This document shows positions 63,452-64,000 of a stretch of DNA of 64,000 nucleotides, piece by piece (within the stretch, counting starts at the first letter, position 1; each line of letters begins with the position of its first letter). This stretch comes from Glaucostegus cemiculus (lineage: Eukaryota). The notes under the pieces are model-generated. The model had not been told where the DNA came from and searched no databases. It saw only the letters and a list, made by a program, of their open reading frames with translations. Both the position numbers and the translations under genes were made by a program. The DNA lies in contig CDPCPM010000037.1 of assembly GCA_976551045.1 (NCBI GenBank), positions 34,224,001-34,288,000 on the forward strand. Reading direction: 5' to 3'.

Positions 63452-63718
63452 GTTAGTCAAATCTGTTTTTGTTATTAAATTGCCATGATATAGATTTTTT
63501 AGCTATGGTATATTCATTGTCAACTTTGTACATTGAATATAAAGCTCAGAATATGTTTAATTAAATGTGCTATTTCAAAACCTAATGAGCAAAAGAAGTT
63601 GACACCCACTAGCCATGTTGGCCTACAAGTACTTTTTAAGTCAAATGTGTAGTAAATGTATTCAGAATATGCTGTAGACTGATAATGTATGTGTTATGTG
63701 CAACACTGCTTACCTGCT

Positions 63719-63772
63719 TAATAAATATTAATATTATAAAATATTACCTAATAAATATTAATATTATAAAAA
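63719..63772. repeat. AT-rich direct duplication, 30-bp period
   Basis: TAATAAATATTAATATTATAAAAT occurs twice, separated by ATTACC. Confidence 0.85.
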
Positions 63773-64000
63773 TTCCAGAGATCCTACCACTCAGAACAGT
63801 GACCCTTGAAACAGCAAAAATATTTCCAAAACTGATGAATAGCTTAAATGAGAATTTAATCTCGACGTTTTAAAGTATATCGCCTAGATATCTAATCTGT
63901 GATGGGCTGAATTAACTTATTTTTGGATTTTTTTTATCAACAGCTAAATTTGACAGAGGCATAACTTCCCCTACCATTTGAAAATTCCACTCTGGTTTGG

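Noticed and set aside
63719-63772. Functional palindromic element
   Set aside because: A simple AT-rich slippage duplication. Short palindromes are expected by chance at this composition.

Overview
Vertebrate genomic DNA, most likely from a cartilaginous fish (elasmobranch; inferred from the HE1/V-SINE, SacSINE/DeuSINE, CR1, Rex-Babar and Penelope repeat content). The window holds the 5' part of one + strand gene of the ASAP family (Arf-GAP with SH3 domain, ankyrin repeats and PH domain). It has a CpG-island promoter with a higher-order GC-rich minisatellite and nine coding exons (3786-3911, 37490-37562, 41946-42091, 48743-48814, 51029-51078, 54071-54200, 57313-57398, 59762-59837, 63365-63451). 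These splice in frame via GT-AG junctions into 846 nt / 282 aa of the N-terminal BAR domain, and the gene continues beyond the window. The protein is divergent from ASAP1/2/3 as I recall them and may be a fourth paralogue. Introns are dominated by retroelements: many CR1 LINE fragments (one young, with about 820 stop-free codons), Rex-Babar, RTE (one with a twin-priming 5' inversion), Penelope and several SINE families. The most notable non-genic signal is a recurrent family of short Penelope-derived ends that carry a minimal hammerhead-ribozyme core (AGUU-CUGAUGA...GAAAC-GUH-AACU) and often occur as fold-back inverted pairs. I found no evidence for a wholly new multi-gene system. Repeat boundaries were read by eye and are approximate, and no database searches were run.
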